Part shown: piece after piece, positions 54,189 to 63,936 of the stretch | Layout of the letters: every line of letters begins with the position of its first letter | Numbering within the stretch: position 1 is the stretch's first letter | Source of the DNA: Granulicella sp. | Lineage (GTDB): Bacteria; Acidobacteriota; Terriglobia; Terriglobales; Acidobacteriaceae | NCBI GenBank assembly: GCA_965277925.1 | Contig: OZ255850.1 | Location: forward strand, 2,855,030-2,919,029 | Direction: 5' to 3' | Length of the DNA: 64,000 nt | The notes under the pieces: model-generated | Seen by the model: the letters and a program-made list of their open reading frames with translations, nothing else | What the model was told of the DNA's origin: nothing | The model's database searches: none | Program-made: the position numbers and the translations under genes

Positions 54189-54979
54189 GGGCGGGGGAAT
54201 CGGCGGCGTACTCGCCGAGGCGCATTCTGGTGCTGGGCGCGACTTCGGGGATCGCCGAGGCCTGCTGCCGGCTGTGGGCCGAGCGCGGCGACAGTCTGTT
54301 TCTAGTCGCGCGGAACCCGGAGCGGCTGGCCGCGGTGGCTGCGGACATGCGCACTCGCGGCGCGGGGTACGTTGGGACGACGGTGGCCGACCTGGAAGAC
54401 ACGGCCGCGCATCCGGAGCTGCTGGCGCATGCGATCAACTCGCTGGGCGGGCTGGATATTGCGCTGTTTGCGCATGGCGTGCTGGGCGACCAGGCGGAGG
54501 CCGAGCGCAGCTTCGCGGCGGCGGGCGCGATCCTGCACAACAATCTGTACTCAACGGTAAGCCTGCTGACGTGGCTGGCCAACTACTGTGCGCAGCGGCA
54601 TGCGGGGACGCTGGCGGTGCTGTCGTCGGTGGCGGGCGAGCGCGGGCGCAAGTCGAACTACGTGTATGGTGCGTCGAAGGCCGGGCTGACGGCGTTCGTC
54701 GATGGGCTGCGCAACCGCATCGACCGCGAGGGCGTGCGGGTGATGACCATCAAGCCCGGGCCGGTGAAGACCGCGATGACCCAGGCCATGAAGGGCAGTG
54801 GCCGGTTCGCCGACGTGGAGGCGGTGGCGGCGACGCTGGTGAAGGCGATCGACGGAACGACCGGCAAGACCGGAAAAACGAGCGGCCCCGATGTGGTGTA
54901 TGTGCCGGGGAAGTGGCGGGTCATCATGGCGGTGATCCGGGCCATTCCGGAACGGGTGTTTAAGAAGCTCGATCTATAG
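54185..54979 (+). CDS. Short-chain dehydrogenase, DprE2-like
   Basis: LVLGATSGIA, SSVAGERGRKSNYVYGASKAG, IKPGPVKT; ATGA overlap with the upstream gene. Confidence 0.9.
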   Translation: MRAGESAAYSPRRILVLGATSGIAEACCRLWAERGDSLFLVARNPERLAAVAADMRTRGAGYVGTTVADLEDTAAHPELLAHAINSLGGLDIALFAHGVLGDQAEAERSFAAAGAILHNNLYSTVSLLTWLANYCAQRHAGTLAVLSSVAGERGRKSNYVYGASKAGLTAFVDGLRNRIDREGVRVMTIKPGPVKTAMTQAMKGSGRFADVEAVAATLVKAIDGTTGKTGKTSGPDVVYVPGKWRVIMAVIRAIPERVFKKLDL

Positions 54980-55221
54980 CACGCGGAGCCGTTTCCTGGT
55001 GGACATAGGATAAGCATCGGCTTGCGACACTATGACTTTACGGAAATTAGGAGTAGCGCGGGTATGGCTTTTTATTGACTGTCGTTCCCGGACCGAAGCC
55101 TCCGGGGCACCGAGAGGGCCAAAACTCCTTTGGGATGCTCCCTCGAAAGAAATCGGTCGGCTGGACGGCTTTGGCAGCCGGATTGCACGCTCGGGTGGTG
55201 TCTCCCCGAGGAACAACAACC

Positions 55222-58200
55222 ATGAAGAAGCTTTCCCTGCTGTTGATGCTGGCGGCAATACTGCTTGCCACGCCGTTCACCCTGCTAGCTCAGACCAGCC
55301 AAGGCATTCTTGCCGGGGTAGCCCGCGATACGACAGGTGCGGTGATCCCCAACGCCAAGGTGACCATTACTAATGAGGCCACAGGCGAAGTCCGCGTAGG
55401 CACGACGAGAGGCGACGGCGCTTACCGTCTTGATGGAATTCCACCCGGCCGTTATACGGTGACGGTGGAGGAGTCCGGCTTCGAGATCAAAAAGGCGACT
55501 GGCGTCGTAATCAATCCTTCAGTTGTCAGTTCCTATGACGCCGTCTTGGTAGTAGGCAAGACAAGCGACACTGTTCAGGTTGCCGCGGTTTCGAACGCGA
55601 TCAATACGGAGAACGGTCAGCTTGCAGGGATCATCAGCGCCAACGACATCAAGGAACTTCCCATATTCTCGCTGAACCCGATCGAGTTGGCCACGACGAT
55701 TCCCGGGGTTCAGGTCATTACGCAGCCCGGTGCCGGTCAGGGGGCACAGGGTCAATTCTTCTCAGCTAATGGGGCGCGTCCGCGGGCCAACAACTTCTTG
55801 ATCGATGGCCAAGAAATCAATGACGTGGCGATCGCCGGTCAGGGTTTCCAGCCGGATATTCCGGGCATGTACGAGAGTGTCGCTGTCTTGACCAACTCGG
55901 CTTCGGCTGAATACGGGCGGGCGGGCGGCGCCATTACCAACCTTGTGACCGCGCGCGGAACCAACGTATTTCACGGCTCGGCTTTTGAGCGCTACACCGG
56001 TTCGGGCCTGAACGCTCTTACGGCCAATCAGCGCCACCAGAAGACCCCCATCTACAGTCCTCCGAAGACACGTTTTGACCGCCATACTTATGGCTTCACG
56101 GCCGGCGGACCCATTTTCAAAGACAAGCTCTTTGCTTTTGGAGCCGGCCAGTGGCAACGGTTCTTCGGCAGTTCACTGGAAACTCTGCTCGACCTCCCGG
56201 ATCCGTCCGGGGTTGCACAGTTGCAAGCAATTCAAGCTCAAACAGGGACGGTTCAGGCGCAACAGGCCGCCCTGTTCGCCACCTATCTATCGAACTATGC
56301 TTATCTGAAGACTTTCCAAAACACGTCACCAACCACGTCAAAAACCGGATATAACGAAAAGCTGCTAGTGGTCGCACCGGGGTGTCCGGCAGGCGGCTGC
56401 CCTGTAACGACAGGTTTGTTCCAGCGCCCCGCCACCCCCCAGCAAAATACGGACACTCAATTTTCGACGCGCGTGGATTACACGCCCAGCCTCGTAGATA
56501 CGATTGCTGTCCGCTACATTCACGACCGCAACTTTTTCACACCGGACTTCGGCAACAACGTTTCTTTGCCAGGGTTCGATTCGCAGCAGGCCGGCTTCTC
56601 AGAGCTTGCGCAAGTGGCTGAGACGCACGTTTTCGGGCCGCGCTTCCTGAATGAATTTCGCGTTTCTGAGACGCGGCTGTTCTTTCAGTTTACTTTCCTT
56701 CCTTCAACATTGGCTAACCCGCTGATCGTCCAACCCACGCTGTCTTTCAGCGGCAATGGTCTTCCCAACCTTGGGCCCAACCAAAACCTGCCCCAGGGCC
56801 GCGGAGAAGATCTGTACCAGTTTCAGGATACGGTTGGGATGCACCTGGGAAAACAAAGTATTCGTGCCGGCGCAGATATTGGGCGGCAGATTGAGCAGGA
56901 ATACGTCTCCCAGAATGCGCTTGGGCAATTGACCTACGGAGCAGGCGGGACGTTCGGCGGCGACTCACTGGGCGAGTTCATCAACAACTATATTGGCGGC
57001 TCGGGTTCAGTCACCAAGACGTTTGGCGCAACGCGTGTCGATCCACACAACTGGCGCACCGGACTTTTCATTGAAGACGACGTCAAGCTTACCCCCGATT
57101 TGACGCTGAACTTTGGAGCTCGCTACGACTATTTCAGCAGCCCGGAGAACAATATCGCTTACCCCGCGATCAATCCCGCGACCGCTCTCACGGCCCCGAT
57201 CACCGCCGTTTACAAGATTCCCACGGACAAGCACAACATCTCGCCCCGCTTTGGCTTTGCTTTCGTGCCCCATGGCGCCTTCTTCGCTGACGGCAAGACG
57301 GTCTTCCATGCGGGGATGGGCATTTACTACGACAGCGATTTCAGCAATATCGTCGTCAATGAAGTGCAGAGCTCACCGAACGCGATTGCATACAACTTGA
57401 CCACACCGAGCGGTGATGGCGCGGGGAACTCAAACACGTTGCTCGCTGCCGCTGTGCCTGTGCTGAGCCCCATGTCATCCGTCACCACAGTTGCCAACAA
57501 TCTACAAAATCCTTACACCTATCAATACAACCTAGGATTCGAGCGTGAACTCCCGTTCGACCTTAAGCTCACGATGAATTACGTTGGCAGCCGCAGTGTG
57601 AAGTTGTTTGCGAACAGGCAATATAACTACTTCGTTCCAACCAACGGAACGGCTGCGACACCGCGTTTGGACCCGGCCCGCGGTGTCATCAACGCGCGCG
57701 GTAATTTTGCCACCTCGGAGTACAACTCCTTGCAGGCTGAGCTATCGCGCGCCTTCACCCACGGCTTTACTTTCAGGGCGGCGTACACCCTCAGCAAAGA
57801 CCTGGACAACGCCTCCGAAATCTTCAACACATTCAACTCGCCCACCTCCTACGAGGCTGATCTCTCAGCAACCGGGTTGACGCAGGAGTGGGGCAACTCC
57901 GCCTGGGACCACCGCAACTACATCGTGGTTTCTTACGTCTGGGCACCGAAGGGATTTACGGCTTCAAATGCGGTCGCCAACGGCGCACTTGGAGTTCTCA
58001 CCCGCCATTGGACAGTCTCCGGCGTCGAGCGCTTTCAGTCGGGACCCTATAGCACCTTCAACTTCTCCGGTCTCGACAGCAATGGAGACGGAAGCACGGC
58101 GAATGACCGACCGGTGGTCTCCAATGCGTCCGCCCCCCTGACCTCTGCTGCGATCGATGCTTCGTATCTGGGTGGTCCGCAAGGGATATACTACGATGTC

Positions 58201-58554
58201 TACACCTACCGCACGGCTGGAACGAAGGTTCCAGTTGACCCCTCCACGAAACACTTTACAGTGCAACGCGGTCAAAGTTTCCTAGCGCAAGAGGTGGGCC
58301 GTGACAGCTTCCTCAATCCCGGATACCAGCAGCATGACATCGCGGTGGAGAAGGGAATTGGCTTGTCCTACTTGAGGTTCAGCCAAGGCACGCTGAACCT
58401 GCGTGTCGAGGCGAATAACGTTGGCAACCATAACAACGTGAACCCTCTGAACATCAACGTCTCGGATATTGGTCAGTCGAATCAGTTCAACACGCTGATT
58501 TCGCGCACCGGCGCAGGCCGATCGCTTGTCCTGTGGGCGCGGCTGGTGTTCTAG
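55222..58554 (+). CDS. TonB-dependent receptor with an N-terminal carboxypeptidase-regulatory-like domain (Oar type)
   Basis: Signal peptide; DTTGAVIPNAKVTI, NGARPRANNFLIDG, SASAEYGRAGG, LTLNFGARYD, ISPRFGFAF, C-terminal GRSLVLWARLVF. Confidence 0.93.
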   Translation: MKKLSLLLMLAAILLATPFTLLAQTSQGILAGVARDTTGAVIPNAKVTITNEATGEVRVGTTRGDGAYRLDGIPPGRYTVTVEESGFEIKKATGVVINPSVVSSYDAVLVVGKTSDTVQVAAVSNAINTENGQLAGIISANDIKELPIFSLNPIELATTIPGVQVITQPGAGQGAQGQFFSANGARPRANNFLIDGQEINDVAIAGQGFQPDIPGMYESVAVLTNSASAEYGRAGGAITNLVTARGTNVFHGSAFERYTGSGLNALTANQRHQKTPIYSPPKTRFDRHTYGFTAGGPIFKDKLFAFGAGQWQRFFGSSLETLLDLPDPSGVAQLQAIQAQTGTVQAQQAALFATYLSNYAYLKTFQNTSPTTSKTGYNEKLLVVAPGCPAGGCPVTTGLFQRPATPQQNTDTQFSTRVDYTPSLVDTIAVRYIHDRNFFTPDFGNNVSLPGFDSQQAGFSELAQVAETHVFGPRFLNEFRVSETRLFFQFTFLPSTLANPLIVQPTLSFSGNGLPNLGPNQNLPQGRGEDLYQFQDTVGMHLGKQSIRAGADIGRQIEQEYVSQNALGQLTYGAGGTFGGDSLGEFINNYIGGSGSVTKTFGATRVDPHNWRTGLFIEDDVKLTPDLTLNFGARYDYFSSPENNIAYPAINPATALTAPITAVYKIPTDKHNISPRFGFAFVPHGAFFADGKTVFHAGMGIYYDSDFSNIVVNEVQSSPNAIAYNLTTPSGDGAGNSNTLLAAAVPVLSPMSSVTTVANNLQNPYTYQYNLGFERELPFDLKLTMNYVGSRSVKLFANRQYNYFVPTNGTAATPRLDPARGVINARGNFATSEYNSLQAELSRAFTHGFTFRAAYTLSKDLDNASEIFNTFNSPTSYEADLSATGLTQEWGNSAWDHRNYIVVSYVWAPKGFTASNAVANGALGVLTRHWTVSGVERFQSGPYSTFNFSGLDSNGDGSTANDRPVVSNASAPLTSAAIDASYLGGPQGIYYDVYTYRTAGTKVPVDPSTKHFTVQRGQSFLAQEVGRDSFLNPGYQQHDIAVEKGIGLSYLRFSQGTLNLRVEANNVGNHNNVNPLNINVSDIGQSNQFNTLISRTGAGRSLVLWARLVF

Positions 58555-58644
58555 ACCAGTTCCAGCTCCGAACTCGAAGGCCGGGACTCTCAAGTTCCGG
58601 CCTTTGCTCTTGAGCTAGCGATTCCAGCGGATGAGCGAATTCAG

Positions 58645-59643
58645 TTACTGCTGCTGGGCCTGTTGCTGCTGGCGGGTCATGGGTGGGGGCTGTTCGGGGA
58701 GGGCCTGCGCTCGTTCGACCAGGATCGACCAGTCCTCGGGCACGGGAAGCTCGCGGTCCAGCGATGGCGTTCCTTCGCTTGGCTCGACGCGTACGGCCAC
58801 AGAAAGCTCGCTCTTGGTGCGGCCGCGGAAGATGCCGTGGGTGGGCGGCACGTCGGCGTAGTCGCAGCCGATGGCCGTGCGGATGTGGCGTTCGCCGGCG
58901 ACTAGGTTGTTGGTTGGGTCGAAGCCGACCCAGCCCAGCTCCGGCAGGAACGCTTCGATCCAGGCATGCGTGGCCGAGCTTTCGGAGCGGTCCTGATGCA
59001 TGTCCCCGTGGTGCGCGTCTCCGTGGTATAGATAGCCGCTGACGTAGCGGCACGGCACCTGCAGCCGGGAACGCACCAGCGCGATCATGATGTGCGAGAA
59101 GTCCTGGCAGACGCCGGCGCGGCTCTTGAGCGCGAGCTCGATGGGCGAGTCAGCCTTGGTCGATTTGGGCTTGTAGTCGAAGTAGTCGTAGAGCTGGCCG
59201 TTCAGTTGATGGAGCACGCTGAGCGGATCGTCGCGGCGGCGCAGGTCGAGGAACTCGCCGAAGTTCTCGAGCTCGGGCGTGAAGGTGGCGAACTCGCTGG
59301 GCAGCAGCATCTCCCAGAAGTCGCCCTCGTGGACCAGCCGGTCGAGCTCGGCCCAGGAGTTCTCGGGCAGCGACTCGGGGGTGGGCGCGTGCGGCTGCAT
59401 CTCGACCAGGGACTCGGCCACGATGACCAACTGGCCGTGCAGGCCGGGAATGTCGAAGTGATGGACGTGGTTGGCGAGGTGGTCGCGATAGCTGAAGACG
59501 CGGCAGCGCGGGCTCACCGACAAGTGGAACGTAAGGCAACGCTGCTTCGAGTCCGAGCAGGGGTGCATGCGCGTCTCCATGATGCTCTCGCTCACCGGAG
59601 ACTTGTAGAGGAACTTGGTCAGATGGCGGATCGAGTAGTACAT
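58645..59643 (-). CDS. Transglutaminase-like protein
   Basis: YSIRHLTKFLY; catalytic GVCQDFSH, THAWIE, GFDPTN; GCDYADVPP. Confidence 0.95.
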   Translation of the reverse strand: MYYSIRHLTKFLYKSPVSESIMETRMHPCSDSKQRCLTFHLSVSPRCRVFSYRDHLANHVHHFDIPGLHGQLVIVAESLVEMQPHAPTPESLPENSWAELDRLVHEGDFWEMLLPSEFATFTPELENFGEFLDLRRRDDPLSVLHQLNGQLYDYFDYKPKSTKADSPIELALKSRAGVCQDFSHIMIALVRSRLQVPCRYVSGYLYHGDAHHGDMHQDRSESSATHAWIEAFLPELGWVGFDPTNNLVAGERHIRTAIGCDYADVPPTHGIFRGRTKSELSVAVRVEPSEGTPSLDRELPVPEDWSILVERAQALPEQPPPMTRQQQQAQQQ

Positions 59644-59674
59644 GGAGGCTCCTTGGTAGTTTCAGGGCTTGGCT

Positions 59675-59776
59675 GTTAGTTCTTAGTTCTTAGTTCAAGC
59701 TAGGAGCTAAGAGCCAGGGCGGTTTCCCCGTTTGATGTATAGCAACTCAAAAAAGCAGATTTCTGCGGAATGACAA
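59675..59776. repeat. Heptamer repeats (GTTCTTA) plus a reverse-strand family-B REP
   Basis: GTTAGTTCTTAGTTCTTAGTTC near 59675-59696 and GCAGATTTCTGCGGAATGACAA at 59755-59776. Confidence 0.65.
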
Positions 59777-59862
59777 CCAGAAAGGCAAGTGCAACGGCAA
59801 AGTTCGATAGCAGTGGACTCCGCGCCAATGGGTTTCGCTCTAGTAGCTGCTAGTAGCTGCTT

Positions 59863-60849
59863 TTATCCAGCCAGCGCGGCCTGAATCGAGTAGTCGACGT
59901 AAAGATGATAGATAGTTTCATGGATAGATTGGCACTGGCGCTGAATGGCGCGCAGGTAGGCTACAACATCGCCGGCAAGGATTTCGTCCACGCTGGCAAA
60001 GGCCAGCGATGCGCTCAACCTTCCGGCGATGCGATGCAGCTCCTCAGCGCGATTCTTGCCGGACTCCTGCTGGATGTCCATCAGCGCGCACTTGAGGCTG
60101 TCGATCGAAAACCGCAGGGAGTGCGGGAATTTTGCGTCCAGGAGTAGGAACTCGAGGATGCGCTCCGGCGTGAGGTCGGCGGTGTAGACCTTGCAATAAG
60201 CCTCGAACGCCGTGGCGCTGCGCAGCAGGCCCATCCACTCCAGATATTCGTTGCCTTCCAGGGCGCGGTCGGGCTGGGCCCACAAGTCGGCGTGGTAGGC
60301 CTCGAGCAGCAGAGCGGTCGCCGAGGCGCGCTCCAGAAACCGGCCGACCTGGATGAACTGCCAGCCTTCGCCGTGCGACATCGTCGAGTCGGTGACACCC
60401 TGAAACTGATGCACGGCCTCCATCACCTGCTGCAGGAAGGCGGTGGGGCTCTCGCTCGATGCATCCACGGCTTGCAGCATCATGGCGCGCTTGAACTCCG
60501 GCCTGGTCACCTCGATATAGAGCGAGTTCAGCCGGTGCCACTGCTCCGTGGAGATTTGCTCGCGAACGTGGCGCGCATTTTCTCGCGCCGCGATGATGCA
60601 GGACACCGCGGACGCCTTCAGCCCGGTGTCGAAGGTCAGGGAGCGCGCCAGCTCATACGGATTGCCCTCCCACTTCAACCGCTTGGGCTTGCCAAGGGCC
60701 TGCAGCATGCGCAGCCAGCGCCGGTCGGAACTGGTCGAGCTCTCGTCCAGCATCAGGTTCAGATTTACGTCGAGCAGACGCGTGGTGTGCTCGGCGCGCT
60801 CCAGATAGCGGGCCATCCAGTAGAGCGAATCTGCAACGCGAGAGAGCAT
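59863..60849 (-). CDS. Alpha-E domain protein (DUF403)
   Basis: MLSRVADSLYWMARYLERAE, ARENAR, GRFLERA, FPHSLRFS. Confidence 0.95.
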   Translation of the reverse strand: MLSRVADSLYWMARYLERAEHTTRLLDVNLNLMLDESSTSSDRRWLRMLQALGKPKRLKWEGNPYELARSLTFDTGLKASAVSCIIAARENARHVREQISTEQWHRLNSLYIEVTRPEFKRAMMLQAVDASSESPTAFLQQVMEAVHQFQGVTDSTMSHGEGWQFIQVGRFLERASATALLLEAYHADLWAQPDRALEGNEYLEWMGLLRSATAFEAYCKVYTADLTPERILEFLLLDAKFPHSLRFSIDSLKCALMDIQQESGKNRAEELHRIAGRLSASLAFASVDEILAGDVVAYLRAIQRQCQSIHETIYHLYVDYSIQAALAG

Positions 60850-60930
60850 TCGTGACGGGGCCTTTCGTGGATGATACCGCAGCTTCGCACTGGCTTCCGC
60901 GAAGATCTGACCTCGGGGTGTATGCGCGAT

Positions 60931-62070
60931 CTATCTTCGCCGCCGGCCGGCCGGCCGGTGTGCTGGACGATGCGCCATGCGCTTGTTCCGCGTAGCCTTG
61001 CTGTCGTGGGCGGCAGCGCCAATCGCAGTGGTCGCATCGGTCGGCTCGTTCCGCGCCCGGTAGCTCGCCACATTCGCGTTGTGTTCGGCTAATGTCGCCG
61101 CAAATCGGGTTGCCCCGTTGGCGTCAGCAACGAAGTACAGATAATCCGTTCTGGCTGGGTGCAGCGCGGCCTGGAGCGCCGCCAGCCCGGGATTGCAGAT
61201 CGGCCCGGGCGGCAGCCCTGCATGCGTGTAGGTGTTGTAGGCCGAATCCGAGTGCAGCTCGCTCTCAAGGATCGCGCCCGTCCAACTCCCGCGAGTCCCC
61301 TGCAGCAGCGACGCGTAGATCACCGCCGGGTCGGTCTGCAACGGCATTCCGGCCGCCAGCCGGTTCTCGAATACGCTCGCCACCACGGGCCGCTCCGGGT
61401 CCAGATGCACCTCCTTTTCGACCAGCGAGGCCATCGTCACCGTTCGCTGCACGTTGCCCTGCATGCGCAGGCCGTCGGCCACCTGGCCGAAGCGGCGCAC
61501 CATCACGCTCAGCATCTGCACCGGCGTGGCGCGGGGGCTGAAGCGGTAGGTGTCGGGAAAGAGGAAGCCCTCCAGCGACTGCGGCTTCGGATTTTTCGCG
61601 TTCGTCCACGCCGCGATCAGCTCGGTGTGTTCGACCTCGGCCTGCAGGAACGCGTCGCGCGTGCTCAGCCCCGCTCCCGCCACCGCGTTGGCGATATCGA
61701 AGATGTTGAAGCCCTCGGGAATGACCACCGTCTGGGTGTAAACATCGCCGCGGCGAATGCGGTCGTACACCTCCGCCAGCGTGGCCGGACGATCAAACCT
61801 GTATCCGCCGGCCTTCAACGAGGCAGCCCGGGTTCCACCGCGAAGGCCCTTCCACACCTTCATGGCCTCGAAGGCAGCCGCGCTGCGAACGACCCCGGCC
61901 TGCTGCAACTCGCGCGCGATCTCCGCGGTGCCGGTGCCGGGCGCGATGTTCACGAACGTCGCCGCCTTCGGCCCGAAGGGCGTACCTACCAAAACGCCGA
62001 CGGCTGCCGCTGCCAAGGCCGCGAGAATCGCCAGGACCAACACCACCTTCAACAGCCGCACACGCACCAC
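60931..62070 (-). CDS. mltG: Endolytic transglycosylase MltG
   Basis: VVIPEGFN, LEGFLFPDTY, MASLVEKE, PLQTDP, YNTYTHAGLPPGPICNPG, YLYFVA. Confidence 0.95.
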   Translation of the reverse strand: MVRVRLLKVVLVLAILAALAAAAVGVLVGTPFGPKAATFVNIAPGTGTAEIARELQQAGVVRSAAAFEAMKVWKGLRGGTRAASLKAGGYRFDRPATLAEVYDRIRRGDVYTQTVVIPEGFNIFDIANAVAGAGLSTRDAFLQAEVEHTELIAAWTNAKNPKPQSLEGFLFPDTYRFSPRATPVQMLSVMVRRFGQVADGLRMQGNVQRTVTMASLVEKEVHLDPERPVVASVFENRLAAGMPLQTDPAVIYASLLQGTRGSWTGAILESELHSDSAYNTYTHAGLPPGPICNPGLAALQAALHPARTDYLYFVADANGATRFAATLAEHNANVASYRARNEPTDATTAIGAAAHDSKATRNKRMAHRPAHRPAGRRRR

Positions 62071-62150
62071 CTCTTGGTTCGAATTCTATCCGTCGGGCTG
62101 GAGGCTGATGTATGCAGCCCGCGCGATGCGCGAGGCCTTACACTGAGCCG

Positions 62151-62702
62151 GTGGAACTCCGTCCCCGCATTCTCGCGCTCGACGTCGGCGATCGCCGCAT
62201 CGGTCTGGCAATCACTGACGCGCTCGGCCTCACTGCGCAGCCGCTCTTCACGATCCACCGCGCCACTCCTAAACCCAACCTCCGCGCTGATCTTAAGTAC
62301 ATCGCTCGCTTCATTCGCCAGCATCACGTAACCACGCTGGTGGTCGGCAATCCGCTGCACGCCGACGGCTCGCCGAGCGCCCAATCCGCGAAAGCGCAGG
62401 CCTTCGCGCTTTCGCTTCAGCAGGCCCACCCTACCCTCACGCATCATCTGTTCGACGAGCGCCTGACCACGCTCGAAGCGCACGCCCTGCTCGATCGGGC
62501 CGGCCGCGCGAGGCGTTCGGTCGGCCGCTCCGAACGCATCGCGCGCAAGGAGCTGATCGACCAGGTCGCCGCGACCCTGCTACTCGAAAGCTTCCTCTCT
62601 CTCAAAGGCCCCGTCCTGCTGCCCGATCCCGACGCGGCTCCCGGCCCGGACGCCCAACCGGCCACCGCTCAGGATGCCGGTTCCGACCGCGACTCCGTAT
62701 AA
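62151..62702 (+). CDS. ruvX: YqgF/RuvX family pre-16S rRNA nuclease
   Basis: ILALDVGDRRIGLAITD, LVVGNP, FDERLTT, IDQVAATLLL. Start is estimated. Confidence 0.92.
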   Translation: MELRPRILALDVGDRRIGLAITDALGLTAQPLFTIHRATPKPNLRADLKYIARFIRQHHVTTLVVGNPLHADGSPSAQSAKAQAFALSLQQAHPTLTHHLFDERLTTLEAHALLDRAGRARRSVGRSERIARKELIDQVAATLLLESFLSLKGPVLLPDPDAAPGPDAQPATAQDAGSDRDSV

Positions 62703-62784
62703 TGGAGCTTTCACTCTCAGCCTGCCGTTCGATCACGAGGCACAGCAAATTCGACCGCAAGGCAAAGCAAAGCAGACCTCACGC

Positions 62785-63261
62785 ATGGAAGACATCAAAA
62801 GAGCGCTCGAAGAGCAAATCAAGGCGCTCGAATACGAGCTCACCACCGAACTCCCCGCGGAGATCAAGAAGGCGGTCGCGCTGGGCGATCTCAGCGAAAA
62901 CGCCGAGTACCACTCCGCCAAGCAGCGCCAGGAGTTCGTCAACGCGCGGCTCGGCCAGCTCAAGAAGCGCATGGGCGAACTCGCCATGGTCAACCTGGAC
63001 AACATCCCGCGCGACCGCGTCGGCTTCGGGTCGACGATTGTCGTCTTCGACAGCACCAAGGACGAGCAGATCACCTACAAACTGGTCACCAGCGAAGAGT
63101 CCGATGTGAGCAAGGGGTTGATCTCGACGACGTCGCCCATCGGCCGCTCGCTGATTGGCAAAGAGGTCGGCGACACGGCGACGGTGGTCACGCCCAACGG
63201 CAAGCGCGAGCTGGAAGTGCTGAAGCTCACCACCATTCACGGCGCTGTTCCGGCCCTGTAA
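62785..63261 (+). CDS. greA: Transcription elongation factor GreA
   Basis: GDLSENAEYHSAK, VGFGSTI, ISTTSPIGRSLIGKEVGD. Confidence 0.95.
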   Translation: MEDIKRALEEQIKALEYELTTELPAEIKKAVALGDLSENAEYHSAKQRQEFVNARLGQLKKRMGELAMVNLDNIPRDRVGFGSTIVVFDSTKDEQITYKLVTSEESDVSKGLISTTSPIGRSLIGKEVGDTATVVTPNGKRELEVLKLTTIHGAVPAL

Positions 63262-63294
63262 GCCCATCCGCGATAGACTTGAAGCCGCGACGAA

Positions 63295-63930
63295 ATGACC
63301 TGGACACGTGCCTTCGGCAAGGGCAGCGGCTGGCTGCTGCAAAAGATCGTCAACGGTCTCGCCCTGTCGCGCATCTCGCCGAATACCCTGACGTTCATCG
63401 GCCTCCTGATCAACGTCATCGCGGCGTTCTTCTTCGGCTTCGCGCGCGCTAACAACTACGTTCGCATGTTCTTCTACGCGGGCCTGGTCATCATCGCCGC
63501 GGGCCTGTTCGATATGGTCGACGGCCGCGTCGCGCGCCAGACCAACCAGGTCTCGGTCTTCGGCGCGTTCTTCGACTCGGTCCTCGACCGCTACTCCGAT
63601 GTCGCGCTGTTCTTCGGCCTGCTGGTCTTCTACGCGCGCGGAAACCGCTACTTCTATGTGTTTCTGGTGGCCTTCGTGATGACCGCCGCGCTGATGGTGA
63701 GCTACACCCGCGCCCGCGCCGAAGCGCTCATCGGTTCCTGCAAGGTCGGCTTCATGGAGCGGCCCGAGCGCGTCGTGCTCATCATCCTTGGCGCGCTCTT
63801 CGCCCGCTGGGGCGCGATGGCCCCTGCGCTCTGGGTGCTGGCCGTGCTCTCCACCATCACCGTCATTCACCGCATTCGCTACACCTACGTCGAGACCAAA
63901 CGCCGCAACCTGAAGCTCGCTCCGCGGTAA
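63295..63930 (+). CDS. CDP-alcohol phosphatidyltransferase
   Basis: SPNTLT; DMVDGRVAR...FGAFFDSVLDRYSD signature. Confidence 0.93.
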   Translation: MTWTRAFGKGSGWLLQKIVNGLALSRISPNTLTFIGLLINVIAAFFFGFARANNYVRMFFYAGLVIIAAGLFDMVDGRVARQTNQVSVFGAFFDSVLDRYSDVALFFGLLVFYARGNRYFYVFLVAFVMTAALMVSYTRARAEALIGSCKVGFMERPERVVLIILGALFARWGAMAPALWVLAVLSTITVIHRIRYTYVETKRRNLKLAPR

Positions 63931-63936
63931 CAACTC

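Noticed and set aside
41068-60870. One clean inversion that would rejoin ATP-grasp to alpha-E
   Set aside because: No inverted repeats at these points, and the 41-43 kb genes keep the left-hand skew; any left breakpoint is more likely at 43-46 kb.
62070-62110. GGTTCGAAT resembling a tRNA T-loop
   Set aside because: No cloverleaf, D-arm or acceptor stem can be formed around it.
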